A stretch of DNA of 64,000 nt from Oikopleura dioica (GCA_907165135.1 OU015569.1:5952001-6016000), one strand, 5' to 3'. Shown: positions 38,433 to 52,165, counted from the first letter of the stretch. The notes: generated from the sequence alone by a model not told the origin. A program made the numbers and translations.

Positions 38433-38768
38433 ACTGAGTGATTTTAGGTCACGATTCACAAACGTCTGAAAAGCAAGAGAGTCAGCAAGGATCAGAATAG
38501 GTTTCGGCTTGTTTTTTGGTTCGCGGATGAAAACGGCGCGAATGTGAAGTGATTGAACGTGCATGGGTCAGAAGAAGAAAGGTTCAGGTCAGTCCTCTTT
38601 GAAATAAAAGAGTCAGTTAAAATAAAGAATAGAATTGGGAGTTTGGAATACTGTACATGTTGATCCTTGGAATGAAGCTCGATAGGAACGAAAAAAGATC
38701 TTGATCAACTTTTTTGATCATTTTTGAGCATAAACATGTTTTTTTACGATTTCTTGAAGATTGCAGCT

Positions 38769-39827
38769 TCAGGAGCCAAATCGCTTTTTGGCCTCGGCCT
38801 CAGGACGCGCTCTGTTCAGCACCTAAATGAATGTTACTCAGGGAAAATATTTCAGACTCGTTACCTTTAGGAAGTCGCTAGTTTTGTTTCTCATTCTTGA
38901 ATTAATGTATGCTTTGCTACATTTGATATGGTAGTGAAGGTAATTGCGGAAGGTATGAATAAGATCTGAATTAAAAACGGAAATGAGCAACGGGATGACT
39001 ACAGGGATATTCTCACCTATCGTTTTGTCGCGAGTTCCATCAGCAAAGTGACGGGGCAAAAGGACGAAAGTGATGTAGCCGACATCTTCTCCGGATCTAG
39101 CGTCTGTTCCACGCAGCTCAGATGGTGGCTCTTTTGTCGAAAACAGAACCTTACAGCGAATTATGAGAAACGCGTTCAAAATATTTTTTTTACCTGTGGG
39201 GCGGTTGCTGAAGCTCTTCTCCCTTCTTTAAACTCTTGGAGGAAGACGCCACCAACAACAATGTCGTCCTTTTCTCTGAAAGTGGTGGAGAAGATCACGG
39301 TAACGCGATCGGACTTTGCCTCAACGTAGACGCTCTCGCCCTCTCTGAAATGAATAACGGCGCGTTGAATTTGACTCCCGCTGGCCTGAAACAGAACTTG
39401 TGAACTTTTCAGTGTTGATTTCGTGCAAGGCTACCTGGGCTTGAAAATATTTCTCAAAAACGGCTGCGAAGCAGTTTCGCTTCAGCCGAGCAGCGTCTCG
39501 CGCCAACTGCTCGTAATTCTCTGGGATCGCCGAGAGCGGAAAGGCCAGGACGATGCGTTTGCCAACGCTTTGGAGAAATTGCCCGTAGACTTCCTTTAGT
39601 TTATCGGTGGCACCGTGCTTCTCGAGTTGGTCGAAGAAGGCGATTTCAAGCGCCAGCTCAAGTCGATCACGATTGCTCCCATCTGGCGAGTAAAGATGAT
39701 AGATACAGCCGTCGAAGTCGACGATGCGCGCGTTCACGTGATCGAACTTGCCTTTTTCACGCCCCGACTTGAAGTGGTTGGTGAGCGCGTCGAACACGCC
39801 ACGGTTTTCGACTTCGAGCAGAATCAT
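38769..39827 (-). CDS. ARPC2: Arp2/3 complex subunit 2 (p34-Arc)
   Basis: MILLEVENR...DFDG..YH...[14 protein letters not shown]...DRVTVIFST...GYITFVL.PRH...[23 protein letters not shown]...VLNRARP. Confidence 0.97.
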
Positions 39828-39926
39828 TTGCTGAAGAGACTGGAGTTAAAAATAAAAATCGATGATTGGCGATGTTGGATCAAAGGGCAGTCAGTAGTCG
39901 AAGAAAAAGACTTGAGAGTGGAACTC

Positions 39927-41022
39927 TTATTTGTCGGGAAAATCCTTGAGCCCCTGAATGTGCGTGTTTTGAGTTTTCACCACTCGATTGTTTTTCCTCT
40001 TCTTGCGTTTTACTGAAGTAGGAACCTAAAACGAAAAAATGTATGGAAAAAGAATGAGAGAAAAGTTCGTACCTTCCGAACACCAGGATCGTCGGCGAAA
40101 GTGATTCCCTGTTGCGCAAGATATTCAGCGATTTTCTCTTCGTCAACAGATTCGACAGTAATTGAGCGCCAGAGCTTCTGGAAGGTTTCGTCCATTTCTA
40201 TTTCCAAACTTCTGTCATTGAAGAAAATCACAGTCTAGGCAGTATGAATCAATTTTTGCACTTTTTTTCTTTCGACGAATGTAGTCTTCTGTATTTTAGT
40301 TAGCTGCTTACCTTCTTATCGGGGCGATTGTGTAGATGAATATTCTTCTTTTCGCTGTGGTATTTGAGGATCTTGTCTGCCTTGGGGAGACTTTCTTGTA
40401 CCATTTCTTTGGTGACGCCACCAAGTCCATCATGGTAATGCCGCTCGAGAAACTGGAGAAACGACTTCTTGTCTCTGATGCCCTCAATTGACGGCTTGTA
40501 GACGTATTTGACGACGTCGCCGGGAATTTGACGCAGCTTGGGATTCTTGGGCAGCGCGTCTTCAAGGCCCATGCGCGCTGCGTTCGCTGAGCAAGTCAGT
40601 TCAGTTCTAGTGTTCCGGCTTGCGCATTTTACCTACACACTGTGGTCGTCGAGTTGCACTCCTCGAGCACTTCGTCGAGACTCAAGGGCAGCAGCTCGTT
40701 CTGCAAGTGGCGATTCTTCATGTGAGTGACGATTTTGTGGATCAAATGGAAGTTCTTAACCGGTACGACTTTCCCGCGTGACTTGCTACTTCCTTCGAGA
40801 CGGGGTCGCTTTGATGCTGGCTGAGATCTAGAAGGAAGAGTATTCACACTACGTTCGGATCTATTTCTTTATCAGTTAATTATTCAGTTCTATAATCATT
40901 TGGGAACTCTCTAAGTGATAACTTGAAATACGATTCATGTCCATGACTCACTTGTTTTCAATAACAGGAACATTCTGAGCTCGTTTCAGGAAAGCCTCTC
41001 TCTGCTTCAGTAAATCGGACAT
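39927..41022 (-). CDS. GTF2E2: General transcription factor IIE beta subunit
   Basis: LLKQREAFLKRA..VPV...IVTHMKNRH...LSLDEVLEE...NPK...GLGGV....QESLP...RPDKK..IFFND...DETFQKLWRSITVESVDEEKIAEYL. Confidence 0.93.
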
Positions 41023-42387
41023 TCCTCTTCCTCTTTCTTTTTATCTATTTATAGGAATTTTCTTCTTTCAGGCCAAAATTGGATTTTTTCTTTACGAGCG
41101 AACTCTTCGTTTTTTCAGTAGTTTCTTCTGGGAATCTCTCCGTTTATTCGAAAAAGAAAAAAATGAATGTTGAGTGTGAAGATATGGGATAGTTCTTTTG
41201 GTGTTGGCGGAGACGGAGCCACGTGTGCTGGCGCGACAACTGGTCACTTGGTGGTGGAGCAGAGACGCGAGTAGACGAGAGCTCTCGTGCTCGACGAAAC
41301 TGTTTTGCGGCGGCGGGCTCTGGGCAACATGAACGGGCGCAGGGCCAATCGGCCTTCTCCATTTCCAGCGTGGGCGTAAGATCTTTCCACGCTCCACGGA
41401 GAACGGCGCATAAACGCGCCCCGCGCAAGGAGGAATCTCTTCAATCACAAATCCAAAGCGCATTCACCAGCCACTCGACTAATCACGCCCTCAAGGTCAA
41501 GTCTGTCCTCTACCCATGCAGTTCTCCTTCCAAAGGGGCGTTTTTTCAAGGCTGGATGAACTTTTTTTTAAGTAACCTTTTATCAAGATCGAACCAAACC
41601 GAAACTTTTCCACCGTGTCTTGAAATTATTGCTTTGAAATTCAATATTTCCATTGTATTTTAAAGACAAATCAATATATTTAGTTGCTGTGCTCAAGAGA
41701 AATTGCTTCCCATGCTGAGAGAAAAGATCTAGAATTAGTAACACTCACTTATCTCAATTGAACTTGCAATTCTTTCTCTCCCTGAAAAGAAAAAATCTGC
41801 GTTGATAGTCTGCTTGCATGTCATGCAAATTCAGAATTTACAGTGCTTTCCCTTCAGCTTAGTCACTATCTAATTAATTTCTGAGTAAATACGTCTGTCT
41901 CTCTTTATAAAATACCCAGCATATTCAGAAATGCCAATCGCGGTAATTGTCCGCTTTTGAAGTTTATCACTCAAGTTAAAAACAAGGAAAAAGTACCACG
42001 TTTTCATATTTTCTGCCTGAGTGTTTCTTCCTTGATATCAATCAACGAATTCAAATTCAAAAAATGTGAGTTGCAATTTTTGAGGTGATCTATCCGAGAT
42101 CCGTCCGTTTTTCTTTCGGATTGTCGTGAATGATTTAATATTTATCCTTTATTAGTAGTATGAACAGAGAAAGAACATTAGGAGAAGGATTGGTAGCTTT
42201 TCATTTTGAGGGGATGTAGAAATGAAGATGCCTCTGTCGAAAAAGGCTGATTTGAAAGTTGAAAATGGGGAATTTTTATTTCGAAATGACTTTTCGGCTG
42301 GAAATGCATGGAGATCGTTACAATAACAGTAGACGAGAATAGAAACAACGTGAATGAGTATAAAAGCGAGCAAGAAAAGGGGACTGG

Positions 42388-44261
42388 TTAGAATCCAAAG
42401 TCGCGATCTTGGAGAACAGCCGGAGCAATCATGGTCCAAGTGTAGAGCAAAACGCACACCCAGGCGGAACACATTTTTACCCACACGGGAGCCCATCCGG
42501 CGATGACAAGCGGATTATTGTCCTAAAACAGCGTAGAAAACTGTACTATCAAGTTAGTTCAGTCTTACCTTGCTGGCTTCCGCGGCTTGAGAGATATTGA
42601 ACCAGTAAGTCAATGTCATCATAATGTAAAGAGTTCCAAGGGAAAACATGAAGTGCAGATAGCTTAAAATTTGACCCTGTTAAACCCTGCTCATGGCCAT
42701 TTTAAAACCTATAGCTGTATTGAGTAGCGTCTTCTTCGTCGTCCCAGGTTCCGCCTTCAGGATCGCTTTGATCTGTCATTACAACTGTGTCCGCTTCAGC
42801 GGGTTTTCCAGAGCCTTAAGAATTTTTAGAATTTCGCAAGACTTTCGCAAAAGCCGATAATGATAATCTGGGAAGTGAAATAATTTGTGAAAATGAATCT
42901 GTGAGTGTTAAATTGTCGCGTAAATTGGCAAGCATATTTCAAGAAAAGCATGCAAAACGGGTTACCTTCATTCAGTCTTTCGTAAGTTGCTAAGTTCACG
43001 GTGAAGCTTGATTAATCTCAGTGGTACAAGACAAATTTCATAAAAATTTGAAAATCACCGATTCAATACCTGCGGAGGAATTGGTAAGGGAGGACCAGAG
43101 GACTGCCAAGAAGAAAAGAATCAAGCCAACGATAGATTGGGCGTTAAATCCAGTTATTCCTAGGAGCGAAAGATAAAAAACGAGGACTGAATTGAATAAG
43201 AATGCCTTGAGTCGGATCAGTGTTTGGGTCTGGCTGGCCGCCATCAGTAATGTTGAGGATGCTGGCGATGCTTGGATTGCAATCGAGCTCGGGCGAATTC
43301 GACATCGAAGACCAAGTCAAGAACATAACGTAAGCAGAAACAACTGCAGACTGGAGGAGTCCAGATGCCGGGTTATGCTCCTGTACCTAAACTCTCGTGT
43401 TAACGAAGTTCTTGACAAACGGACTCATACCTTGGGAAGGATCGAAACGACAGAAATTATAAAGCAAAGGATCATATTAAAGCTGATGAAGAATTTGTGT
43501 AGGCTGCAGGAGTTTGTTGTCTCCGTAAAGTTGCCACCGTAAAAGTAAAAGAGATATCCAATGGCGACACTTGTCAGGACGAAGATCGAGAATGTAGCAA
43601 AAATGAGCCCTGCGAACCAACATTTTTGGTCGCGCTCGTCGTCGGCATCTTCCATGTTCTGCACTGCCCAGGCGTTGATTCGATACGCAAAATCAATGAA
43701 GAGCACCAGTTGAATCAAAATAAAGGCCAATCCGCCGATGAGTCCAAACACGTACATGACCTGATCGAATGGCTCGGATGGGATAAAGAAGGCGGCGGTG
43801 ATAAAAGCTGCGAGAATAAGAAACTTGATTCCCCAAAAACCATTTTGAATTCCAGAGCGAGGATCCTTCGAGCTTCGTGTGCCCAGCATCAAAATCATGA
43901 AGAGCCAAAAGAAGCAGCACATTCCGAAGCAGACTCGGTAAGCGGCCTCGAATCCGACGAGTCGAGTACAGTCAATCGCGCCATCGCCAGTTGTCTGCGT
44001 GCCAATAAGACTGTCGAGTTGGGCTGTGACGTCAGAAATTCCATCATTGCGGGTGCCCTTGCAGAGCATGGGAACTTTTCGGAGCGCGTCTTCTAGTCCA
44101 TTTGTGCACATAATCATCGCAAGAATACTTCCGAGGAGCATAAAAAGCGCATACATCAGTCGCGCACTCGTTGAGTTTTTGCATGATGGACATGCAGAAC
44201 AAAGACACGAAGCTGCTTGGCCCGTTACACAACAGGCGAGCGATCCCAGTCCGAGACACAT
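42388..44261 (-). CDS. Serine incorporator (SERINC/TDE) family membrane protein
   Basis: LACC.....[76 protein letters not shown]....RDF. Confidence 0.96.
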
Positions 44262-44304
44262 TCTCTAAAAATGAAAATCTTGGTTGCGCAATTTTTCATT
44301 TGAA

Positions 44305-45102
44305 TCAGGAATCAGCGTCTTTTGTAGAAGATTTTTGGTCCTCAAAGTCGGATAAACAAAAAGGAGGCCCATGGCCTGGAAAAATCAAATCAGGCTTGGC
44401 ATGTTGCTGAATGAAGAGACGCGAGGCTCGCGAGAGCGCCGGTTCTTCAGAGAGAGATTCATAGAATGATTCATCATCTTTTTCATCCCAGAGGTCACCA
44501 ACAAACGCAAATTTTGAGTAGCGTTCGTTGCGAAATATCAAATCGCCGGTGATAATGAGACTGCAGCAGCCACCAGTGTGTCCGGGCGTTGTTATGTATT
44601 CCAGAGAGACATCTTCATTTTCGAATTTCAGAAGACAGGCTCCTATTTGCTTGTCTGACGGAAGTAGACGAGGGCTACGGAAACGCTCCTTTATACTTGT
44701 ATCCCGGCCAACGCTTATCACAGCTATAAAAATCCAAAATCAATATAAAAACATGCATTACCTGATGGAAACAGATTCAAGTTTCCCACGTGATCAGAGT
44801 GTCCGTGGGAGCAGAATACGGCGTCGATGGCACTTATGTTCTTCTCTGATAGTTCTAGGCAAAACTCATCCGCTAGCTATCCTTTTTTTGACTTTACTTT
44901 CAGTAATTGTATCTCTTTCATGCGCCGCCCCACAATCAAAGAGAACATTTTGCACTGGAGAAATTTCGGGCTTCTGCTTTTCGAACTCGAAAGTCTCATT
45001 GACGGCATTTCTCAGCGAAATCAAACATACAGTGCAGCGTGCATGAAAAACAGAGTTAATTTCTCGAGCGTAGCCTTCTTGAATCAACGTCACTTCCGCC
45101 AT
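44305..45102 (-). CDS. MBLAC1: Metallo-beta-lactamase domain-containing protein 1
   Basis: LIQEGY...CTVCLI...VLFDCG...CSHGHSDHVGNLNLFP...TPGHT...FVGDLW...IFPGHGPPF. Confidence 0.85.
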
Positions 45103-45142
45103 TCTGGAAATGAAAAAAATATTAACTTGGTGGGTCAGAAAT

Positions 45143-47296
45143 TCATTTTCTATTAGGAAAATCTGGGGCTCGGAAGTTAGGATCATGCAGGTCCATATTT
45201 AGTTCTTCAGCAGACATATCGCCTTGTCTTCTGTCTAACGGCTTCTTTGCATCACGTGCTGCTTTAATTTCGGCCATTTTCGCTCTAAAATCGAATCAGC
45301 TGAAGGATTGCAACTGAGGTTCTTACCTAGCTTTTTGCTTAATCCTTTCTTTTTGTTTCCTGCCCGTGTTTTTAATTTCATTTTCTGGAGCTGTTCTGGT
45401 CGGGTGCTTCTTATCGTATCTGGCGAGTTCTTGAGCTTCGAACTTTGCCATTTGCTCAATCTCCTTTTTCACAAGCGCCGATGTCTATAAATCCAATTAT
45501 GCATAAAAACAAGGCTTTCGCTCGAACCTTGAAAAGATGCCCCTGATTGGGGCCTAGAAGACGGCCGACTCTTTCGAATTGGTCACCGTCCATGCCACTA
45601 AAAGAGTCTTCTGCATCTTCGTAAAAACGATTTTCAAGAGGAATTCCAAGACGGTTTAATATTTTTGAAGAAATCTGAGGAATAGCAGGTTGCAGAAGAA
45701 TAGCAGAAACACGTAGAAGCTCATAACATGCATGAATAGCTTCAGTAAAAGAGTTTTAGATTCTGCTTTATCTAATAACTATGCTCTACCTGAATCTTTC
45801 TGCATGCGTTCACTTTTTATATCTCTATCCAATTTAAAAATCTTTTCGTTTGTCATGAATTGAAGTCCTTCTTCAACAGCTCGAATGACGCAGTTCATTG
45901 CACTTGGAAGCTGTCCTTGGTCGACAAATTTCGCGTACACTTCTGGCAACTCTTGAACAGTTTCGATGAGATATTTTTCGCCGTCGGGGCGATCTAACAG
46001 CGAGTCAGGGAAAAGAGTCGGATATGCTCCACTAGGGTTGAGATTCTTCGAAGTGGTTCTTGAGAGAAGATTCGCGATTTTATTTGCCAAGTCGCTATCA
46101 GACTGAATTCTGAGTAGCTCGTCCTGAAAGTCCACGTTCTTGAGGGTAGCATGTTTGAGACAGAACCAACGAACAGCGTCACTTTGATTTCCGACTAATT
46201 CGAGCAGCTCCTTTGGAGTGACAAAGTTGTCCAGACTTTTGGACATTTTCATTCCATTTCGCGTCCAATGACCATGAACGAAGACTTTCTTGGGCAGAGG
46301 AAGATCCGCAGCCAGAAGCATCGCTGGCCAATAAATACAGTGGAATCGAGCGATATCGATCCCGAGAACTTGAAGTTGCGGCGGCCAGAAATCGAGAGCG
46401 TTTTCATGTCTTGCGTAGCCAGCTGCGGTCAAGTAGTTGATTAACGCCTCGAACCAAACGTACATTGTATGATTTGGATCATCAGGAACAGCAACGCCCC
46501 ATGGAACTCTCTTTCTCGGCCTAGAAATAGAAAGACTGGTGTTGCCAGTATTTCTTCGCTCCTTCAGCTCATCGATTAAAACTTTAGCAACATCTGGGGT
46601 AACAGCTTTTTCTATCCATGCTTCTATTTCGCTTAAAAATGGCTCAAAATCGAAGATATAGTTTTCTTCAGAAATCCATTCTAGTTGATGGCCGTTTACG
46701 CTACTAAAGTGTTTGCCGTCCTTTTCTACTATTTCTTTATTTCCGACAAATGATTCATCTGGTGTCGAATACCATCCTTCGTAATTCTTAATTCTTATAT
46801 GACCCTTCGATCTTAGCCGGCTCCACAGCTTCTGGGCGGCCTCGTGATGCTCAGGATTTGTCGTTCTCATGTAAATTGCATCGTCGAGGGAGGCAACAGA
46901 AATGGAGAATTTTTTAAACGTTCTTCTATACAAGTCGGAGATGTTATTGACGAGCAGCTCTGGGTGATCGTAGCCCTGTTGTGCAGCTGAGCGAATGATC
47001 TTTTGACCGTGTTCATCAGTCCCGATGGAGAATTTACTAGGGACATCGTTTATCTTATTCCAACGGTGGTAAAAGTCCCCAATTACACTAGAGTGAATAT
47101 GACCAATGTGGGGAGTAGACGTCGCGTAATAAATGGGACAGGTAACAAAATTGGTCTGCTTGTTTAATATGCGTACGCCATGCGTTTTTCTCAGGTCACC
47201 ACGAGAGGCGGAAGAAGTCTGCAATGATCCTAGATATCGATAGCTGAGTATTTGCGACTTCGGTCTGAGTCCGATCATGCTAAACAATCTAATCAT
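45143..47296 (-). CDS. MARS2: Mitochondrial methionyl-tRNA synthetase
   Basis: PIYY...PHIGH, GTDEHGQKI, YEGWYS..DESF, SISR...WG..VP.D...MYVWFEALINYLT, DIARFH.IYWPA, HGHW...G.KMSKSL.N, with an N-terminal transit peptide. The last two exons are inferred. Confidence 0.95.
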
Positions 47297-47593
47297 CAGT
47301 GAGGATATTTAATTTAGTGATTGCATTTCTCTAAGTCACATGGTTGGTCTTCACAGAGAAGAAATATTTTTGAGGGAGTAACAGGGGAGAAGTTAGACGG
47401 ACGAAGACTTCAAAATAAGATGAAATATTGCCATAAATGCTATTTCGATAAGCAGGCAATTAATAATAACAAAGACAGTGAAGTTATGTTTTATATAAGG
47501 CCCTGAGCAGTCCAGAGCAGTCCAGAAACATATAAAAGATGGTAAAGGGTTCTGGCGAAGAAGAAAATTATACTAGTTGGAGGCTCTTGGCAC

Positions 47594-50500
47594 TCAGAAA
47601 ATTTCAACATCTTCAGGAGCATCGAGATCCTTGTAGCTGGCGACTGGGCGATTGGTATACGAGTCACGGCGATCCGGCTATGATTCAGTTAGCAAGAGGG
47701 ATGGATCAGTGATCATTGATTTTACACCAGAAGATAAAAGACACCATTTCTGCACCGCGTAGAAAACTAACTCTGAGCTACTGATTCTCAAATATGAGAC
47801 CACCGCACCGCGCTCACCACGGTTAAAACTTACATGCTCGTGCGATTGGTGATGTTGACTGGTGTTGTTGTAGTTGTTCTGTCTTACCTGGTGATGTCTC
47901 ATCGGCATGTGGCCGGGTGGCATGTGTCCTGGTGGTGGTCGGAACGGCTGAATAGTTTGCACTGGATCATTGGGCCTCTTTGGATCAGCCAAGTACCGGT
48001 TGAAGAATTTCACCTCTGAATAAAATGTGAACAACAAAAAATCAATAAAGAACAATACCGTTGCGGACCGCTTCGACTTTTTCGGCGTGTTTGATAAGAA
48101 TATGCTTCTTCACAAACTCCGGGCCTTTGAACTTTTTGCCTGAAAGTGGGCAAAGATATTTTTCTGGGCCGAGCTGTTGGGTATTTGCTTCAATGAACTT
48201 CTTGATTTCTTCCTCTTCGTCTTTCATTCCTAGCTTTTTGATTTCCTCTTCATCTAGTTTTGTGCCTTCTGTGAGCATTCCGTTGCACTTCTCGAGGAAC
48301 TTCTTTACGTAATCATTCATTTCGAAAGGCATGATAGGATTGCTGAAAGACGTTTAACAAACAATCAGATATGTAGAAAGTCACCTTGGGGGCTCGCCTC
48401 GAACATGAATAATTCCGCAACGATTTGGCATCTCGTCTTCGTTTCGATATTCAGAGTGATTGTAGTAATCAACTGAATGAACGAGGCGGAGATACAGAGT
48501 GAGAATGTCAGCGATTTGCGCCAATTTTTTGTCGTAGTTGAGATGGATCTCATCAGCGTTCTTTGGGTCATCTTCTACCGGGTTCTTCTCAAGATAATCT
48601 TCCGTCTTGAGGATGACCGGATTTGGCTTGAATTTTGGTAAGATTGAGCGAGTTGGCTCCGGATCTTACTTGTTTGCCCGTGTACAGCTCGTATTTCTCG
48701 TCGAATTTCTTGATAAGCGACATGAGGTTGAGAATGTCCGCCTTCATGATGGTGTTGTGATTAGCCAGACTACTCATTGGGCGACAACGACGAGTGAGAT
48801 CTCTGTTAACAACTGGGTTGAGTTCAACCTCCTTCAGACGAACATTGTTGAGATTCCAGCAAATGTCTAAAAGCTGATAAGGAAAGGTCTCAACACAATG
48901 TTACCTTTTATATTGACAGAAGAGTCAAAAGTAACCCAACAGCGGCGGTAAAAGCGATCGTCTTGCGGGTGCGAAAAAGCGACACGGATAAATCCATCAA
49001 ACTTTTTGCACATGTTTGAGATATCTTGGCGCGAAATCGAAGGCGGCAGTGATCGCATGAATATAGATGAGTACTTGGTGTGGGTCTGGGCTCGCCTAGA
49101 AAAGGAATAAAAGTAAGTCGCTTTTTTCGAATGGGATCTTACTTGAGCGCTTCCTTGCGTTTTGCTTCAAGCTTGTCACTAGGGTCGTTGACCTCTCCAT
49201 CTTCACTTGTCTCTGGCTTCTCCGGCGCTGCGTCTGGATCTGTCTTGACAGAAACAGCATCTTTGGAGCCTTCTTCGTCTTCCTTAGTTTCCTCTTCTTC
49301 TTTCTTGGCATCATTCTTTTCGGATTCATCGTCAGATCCGTCTTCGCCGCGATCAAACTTGCCACGGCCCTTTTTCTCGTCATCGTCTTCTTCGTCAGCT
49401 TTTTCGCCTTCAGATGGAGGACCTTCAACACGAAATTAATCGACGATCGACAATTAAAAACAACCATCTGTCTCAGATTTAACGATAGGAGTCCTGATTG
49501 TCTTGATATCATCTTCGCTGGCGCCTTCCATGAGCATGACGGCAGTTTCAAGCAGGTCGATGATGTTCTTCTCATTGGTGATATCCAAGCAATTTTCATC
49601 GAAGATTTTATCGACGCCAGTAAGTTTCTCCCAGGCCTCACATCTGCGAAATTTTACTAAGAGTGAGGAAGGAGTGTACTGACCTGAGTTTAACAGCTTC
49701 CTTGAACTGTTCCTCTCGCTCAACGGCTGCATCGGGATGATATTTCTCCCGGAACCTAAAAGTGCAAAATTAACTACGCGCGATGAGCAGAGATTTTTAC
49801 TATTTTGTGATACACTCACAGTTCTTCGTCATCTTTTCTGATTTTCGGAACAGAGTTTAAACTCTCCCTATACAAGTCGGGAGAGCCGGCAAAAACGGTG
49901 CCGTTTTAATTTTTTCAAAAAGTGACAAACATGAGAGCCCTAGGAGCAAGACGGGCTAAACCCAAGTGGCAAGTGGGTTTTTTAAGAATTTTAGAGTTAT
50001 TTCGAGTTTTCTGCAGATTGACCATCGCGAATATTTTTCGATGAGCCACAGAAAGAACACGTACCATTCTTCATCCTTGTGCGCAACAAAGAACTCTTGC
50101 ATTTGCTTCTTCTTGAACTCGGTCTTATACACTTTGTAGTTCTTGCAGGCATCGTCCTCGTTGATATTGTCCTCTGAAACGAGCGGTCAGATTTTACGGA
50201 ATTCTCGGGCGTTCGATTGGATTACCTTGCTTCATGACCCAGTTCTTGAAGGAGAGGAGAATATCGTCCTCGTTTTGCATGTGATAATGGTTGTTTTGCA
50301 CGTGTCGAGGAACGTAGGGAGCCCCGTTGCTGCCTGGACCATTCCACGAGCGGTGACCACGATAGCCGCCGCCTCTTTCCCCGCTGTCGTCATAGTCGTG
50401 TCTGGGCCGTTTGTAGCGTTCGCCTCCCCGCTCGCTGAACTCTCTGTCTGGAGTTCGTCGTCGCTTCTCTCGCTCCCGCCGGTCCTCGTGACGATCGTAC

Positions 50501-51579
50501 TCTCGATCTCGCCCGTATCTATCTCGTCGGCTTCCTCCATCATCATCATACCTAGCCAAAAATTTAAATCCAGCAAAAGCTGCTAGTAAATATCCGGTCC
50601 ACGTGAAAAACACCGCTCGACTTCATCATTAAATTAAAAATTTATAAACTTACTCGTCAGTACTTGAAAATTCCGAGTTTTGGCAAGATACTTGCAATCC
50701 ATCTGCCTTTCTCTTTATTTTACGTTTCCCATTTCGAGATCTCTTTTTTTTATGCTTATCGGAGTACTTTTTAATTCCTCCCATTTCCGAGTATTTGCGC
50801 CTTTCACGAAAAACGTGCTTCGCGAAAGTGGGTTGCTCGGCTGCGCCCGTTTGCGCTAACCGAGTTCTTGATTTCGAAATATGATGAGTAATTATAAATT
50901 TTAATCGAATTAAAATAAGGGGTCACAAGAGTCAAGGGGACTTTTTCATGGGAGGGGGTCGAAACTATTCTGCATGCAGAACTATTCTGCAAAAAATAGA
51001 ACTATTCTGCAAAAAGTAGAACTATTCTGCGTTTCGCAGAACTATTCTGCCGAATGCAGAACAATTCTGCAAATGAAGAACTATTCTGCAAATGTAGAAC
51101 TATTCTGCAAAATACAGAACTATTCTGCACAAGTGCAGAACTATTCTGCATTGTGTTGAAAAGAAGATCTTCATTTAGAGACAAAATTTCACTGTTTGGA
51201 AGCACGCTGCGGGCCTACGGCCCTTGCGCGCAAATTCTGGTAGGGAACTCATTTCTGAAGGTGGCCAACTTTCTCTACTCTCGCGCCTCCTTTGATAAAA
51301 GTCATTTTTCTTATATGCAGAACTATTCTGCATGCAGAATTATTTCGTCGGAAAATAGCCCTTTTTTCGACGAAACTATTCTGCATTTTGCAGAACTATT
51401 CTGCATGCAGAATAGTTTCGAAGGTTTCCCTTTTTCATCGGGAAATGACGTATTTGACTGAGAATTAATTAATTTATTAAATTCTAATAGTTAGAGAATT
51501 CTTACCTTTCTCGACCGCGTCCTTCCCGCTCGGTCCGGAATTTATCCCGTCGTCGATCATCGTAATCATCATCCGACAT
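47594..51579 (-). CDS. SRRT: Serrate RNA effector / ARS2
   Basis: [18 protein letters not shown]; [10 protein letters not shown]|FRRKYHP; [19 protein letters not shown]...RRCWVTF; [31 protein letters not shown]; [18 protein letters not shown]; YKDLDAP. Confidence 0.96.
50960..51421. repeat. Fold-back minisatellite / MITE-like element in SRRT intron 1
   Basis: About 10 tandem ~20-bp units with core AGAACTATTCTGCA (50960-51150) and a second cluster at 51316-51421. The ends are inverted copies (TCGAAACTATTCTGCATGCAGAA / TTCTGCATGCAGAATAGTTTCGA). Confidence 0.85.
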
Positions 51580-52165
51580 TTTTGAGGAGGAATTAGAAAA
51601 TTATGGCAGTTCTGAATGTTTTTTTTTTCAAGTGATCTTATGGACGTAGAACAAACTGTTAACTGTAAGAAAGCAGCAAACGAATAGAATAGAAGCTATA
51701 AAACATCGACACAGCAAGGAAATAGCTGTATCGTTTCAATTGAATGTCTCATTGAAAATGAGGATGAAATGACAGAAAATACGAACACTGAATTTTGAGA
51801 ATTCTTTGAAATGATTTAAGGAAAAGATACTTTGAATATATGAATAGTCTAAGTTGGGTAAAATAACGAGCATTTGTCGCAGGCTAGGACGGATCAGAAC
51901 TGATCTTCTGCAAAGTAAGACTTAGAAAATCGGTGATCAATCGGAGTCCGCGATGAAGATTGCAAACCTATCATCACGAAAGCAGCACACGCTTTGCTAG
52001 CTGTGGATGAAGGAGGCGATATAAATATGCCATCAGAAACACGGAATAGAAAAAATGAAATTGGGATGATAGGCTAAGACGAGACTGGACAGCCCTTCAT
52101 CTTCCAAGCACCATGTAAGTAAGTCCATCTGGGATTTGTATGTCAGGGCAGGGGGCAAGGACTCT

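Noticed and set aside
38465-38500. 5' TOP/TCT promoter of RPL14
   Set aside because: The pyrimidine tract ends in TTTTCAG and is equally explained as a (trans-)splice acceptor; it cannot be resolved without TSS data.
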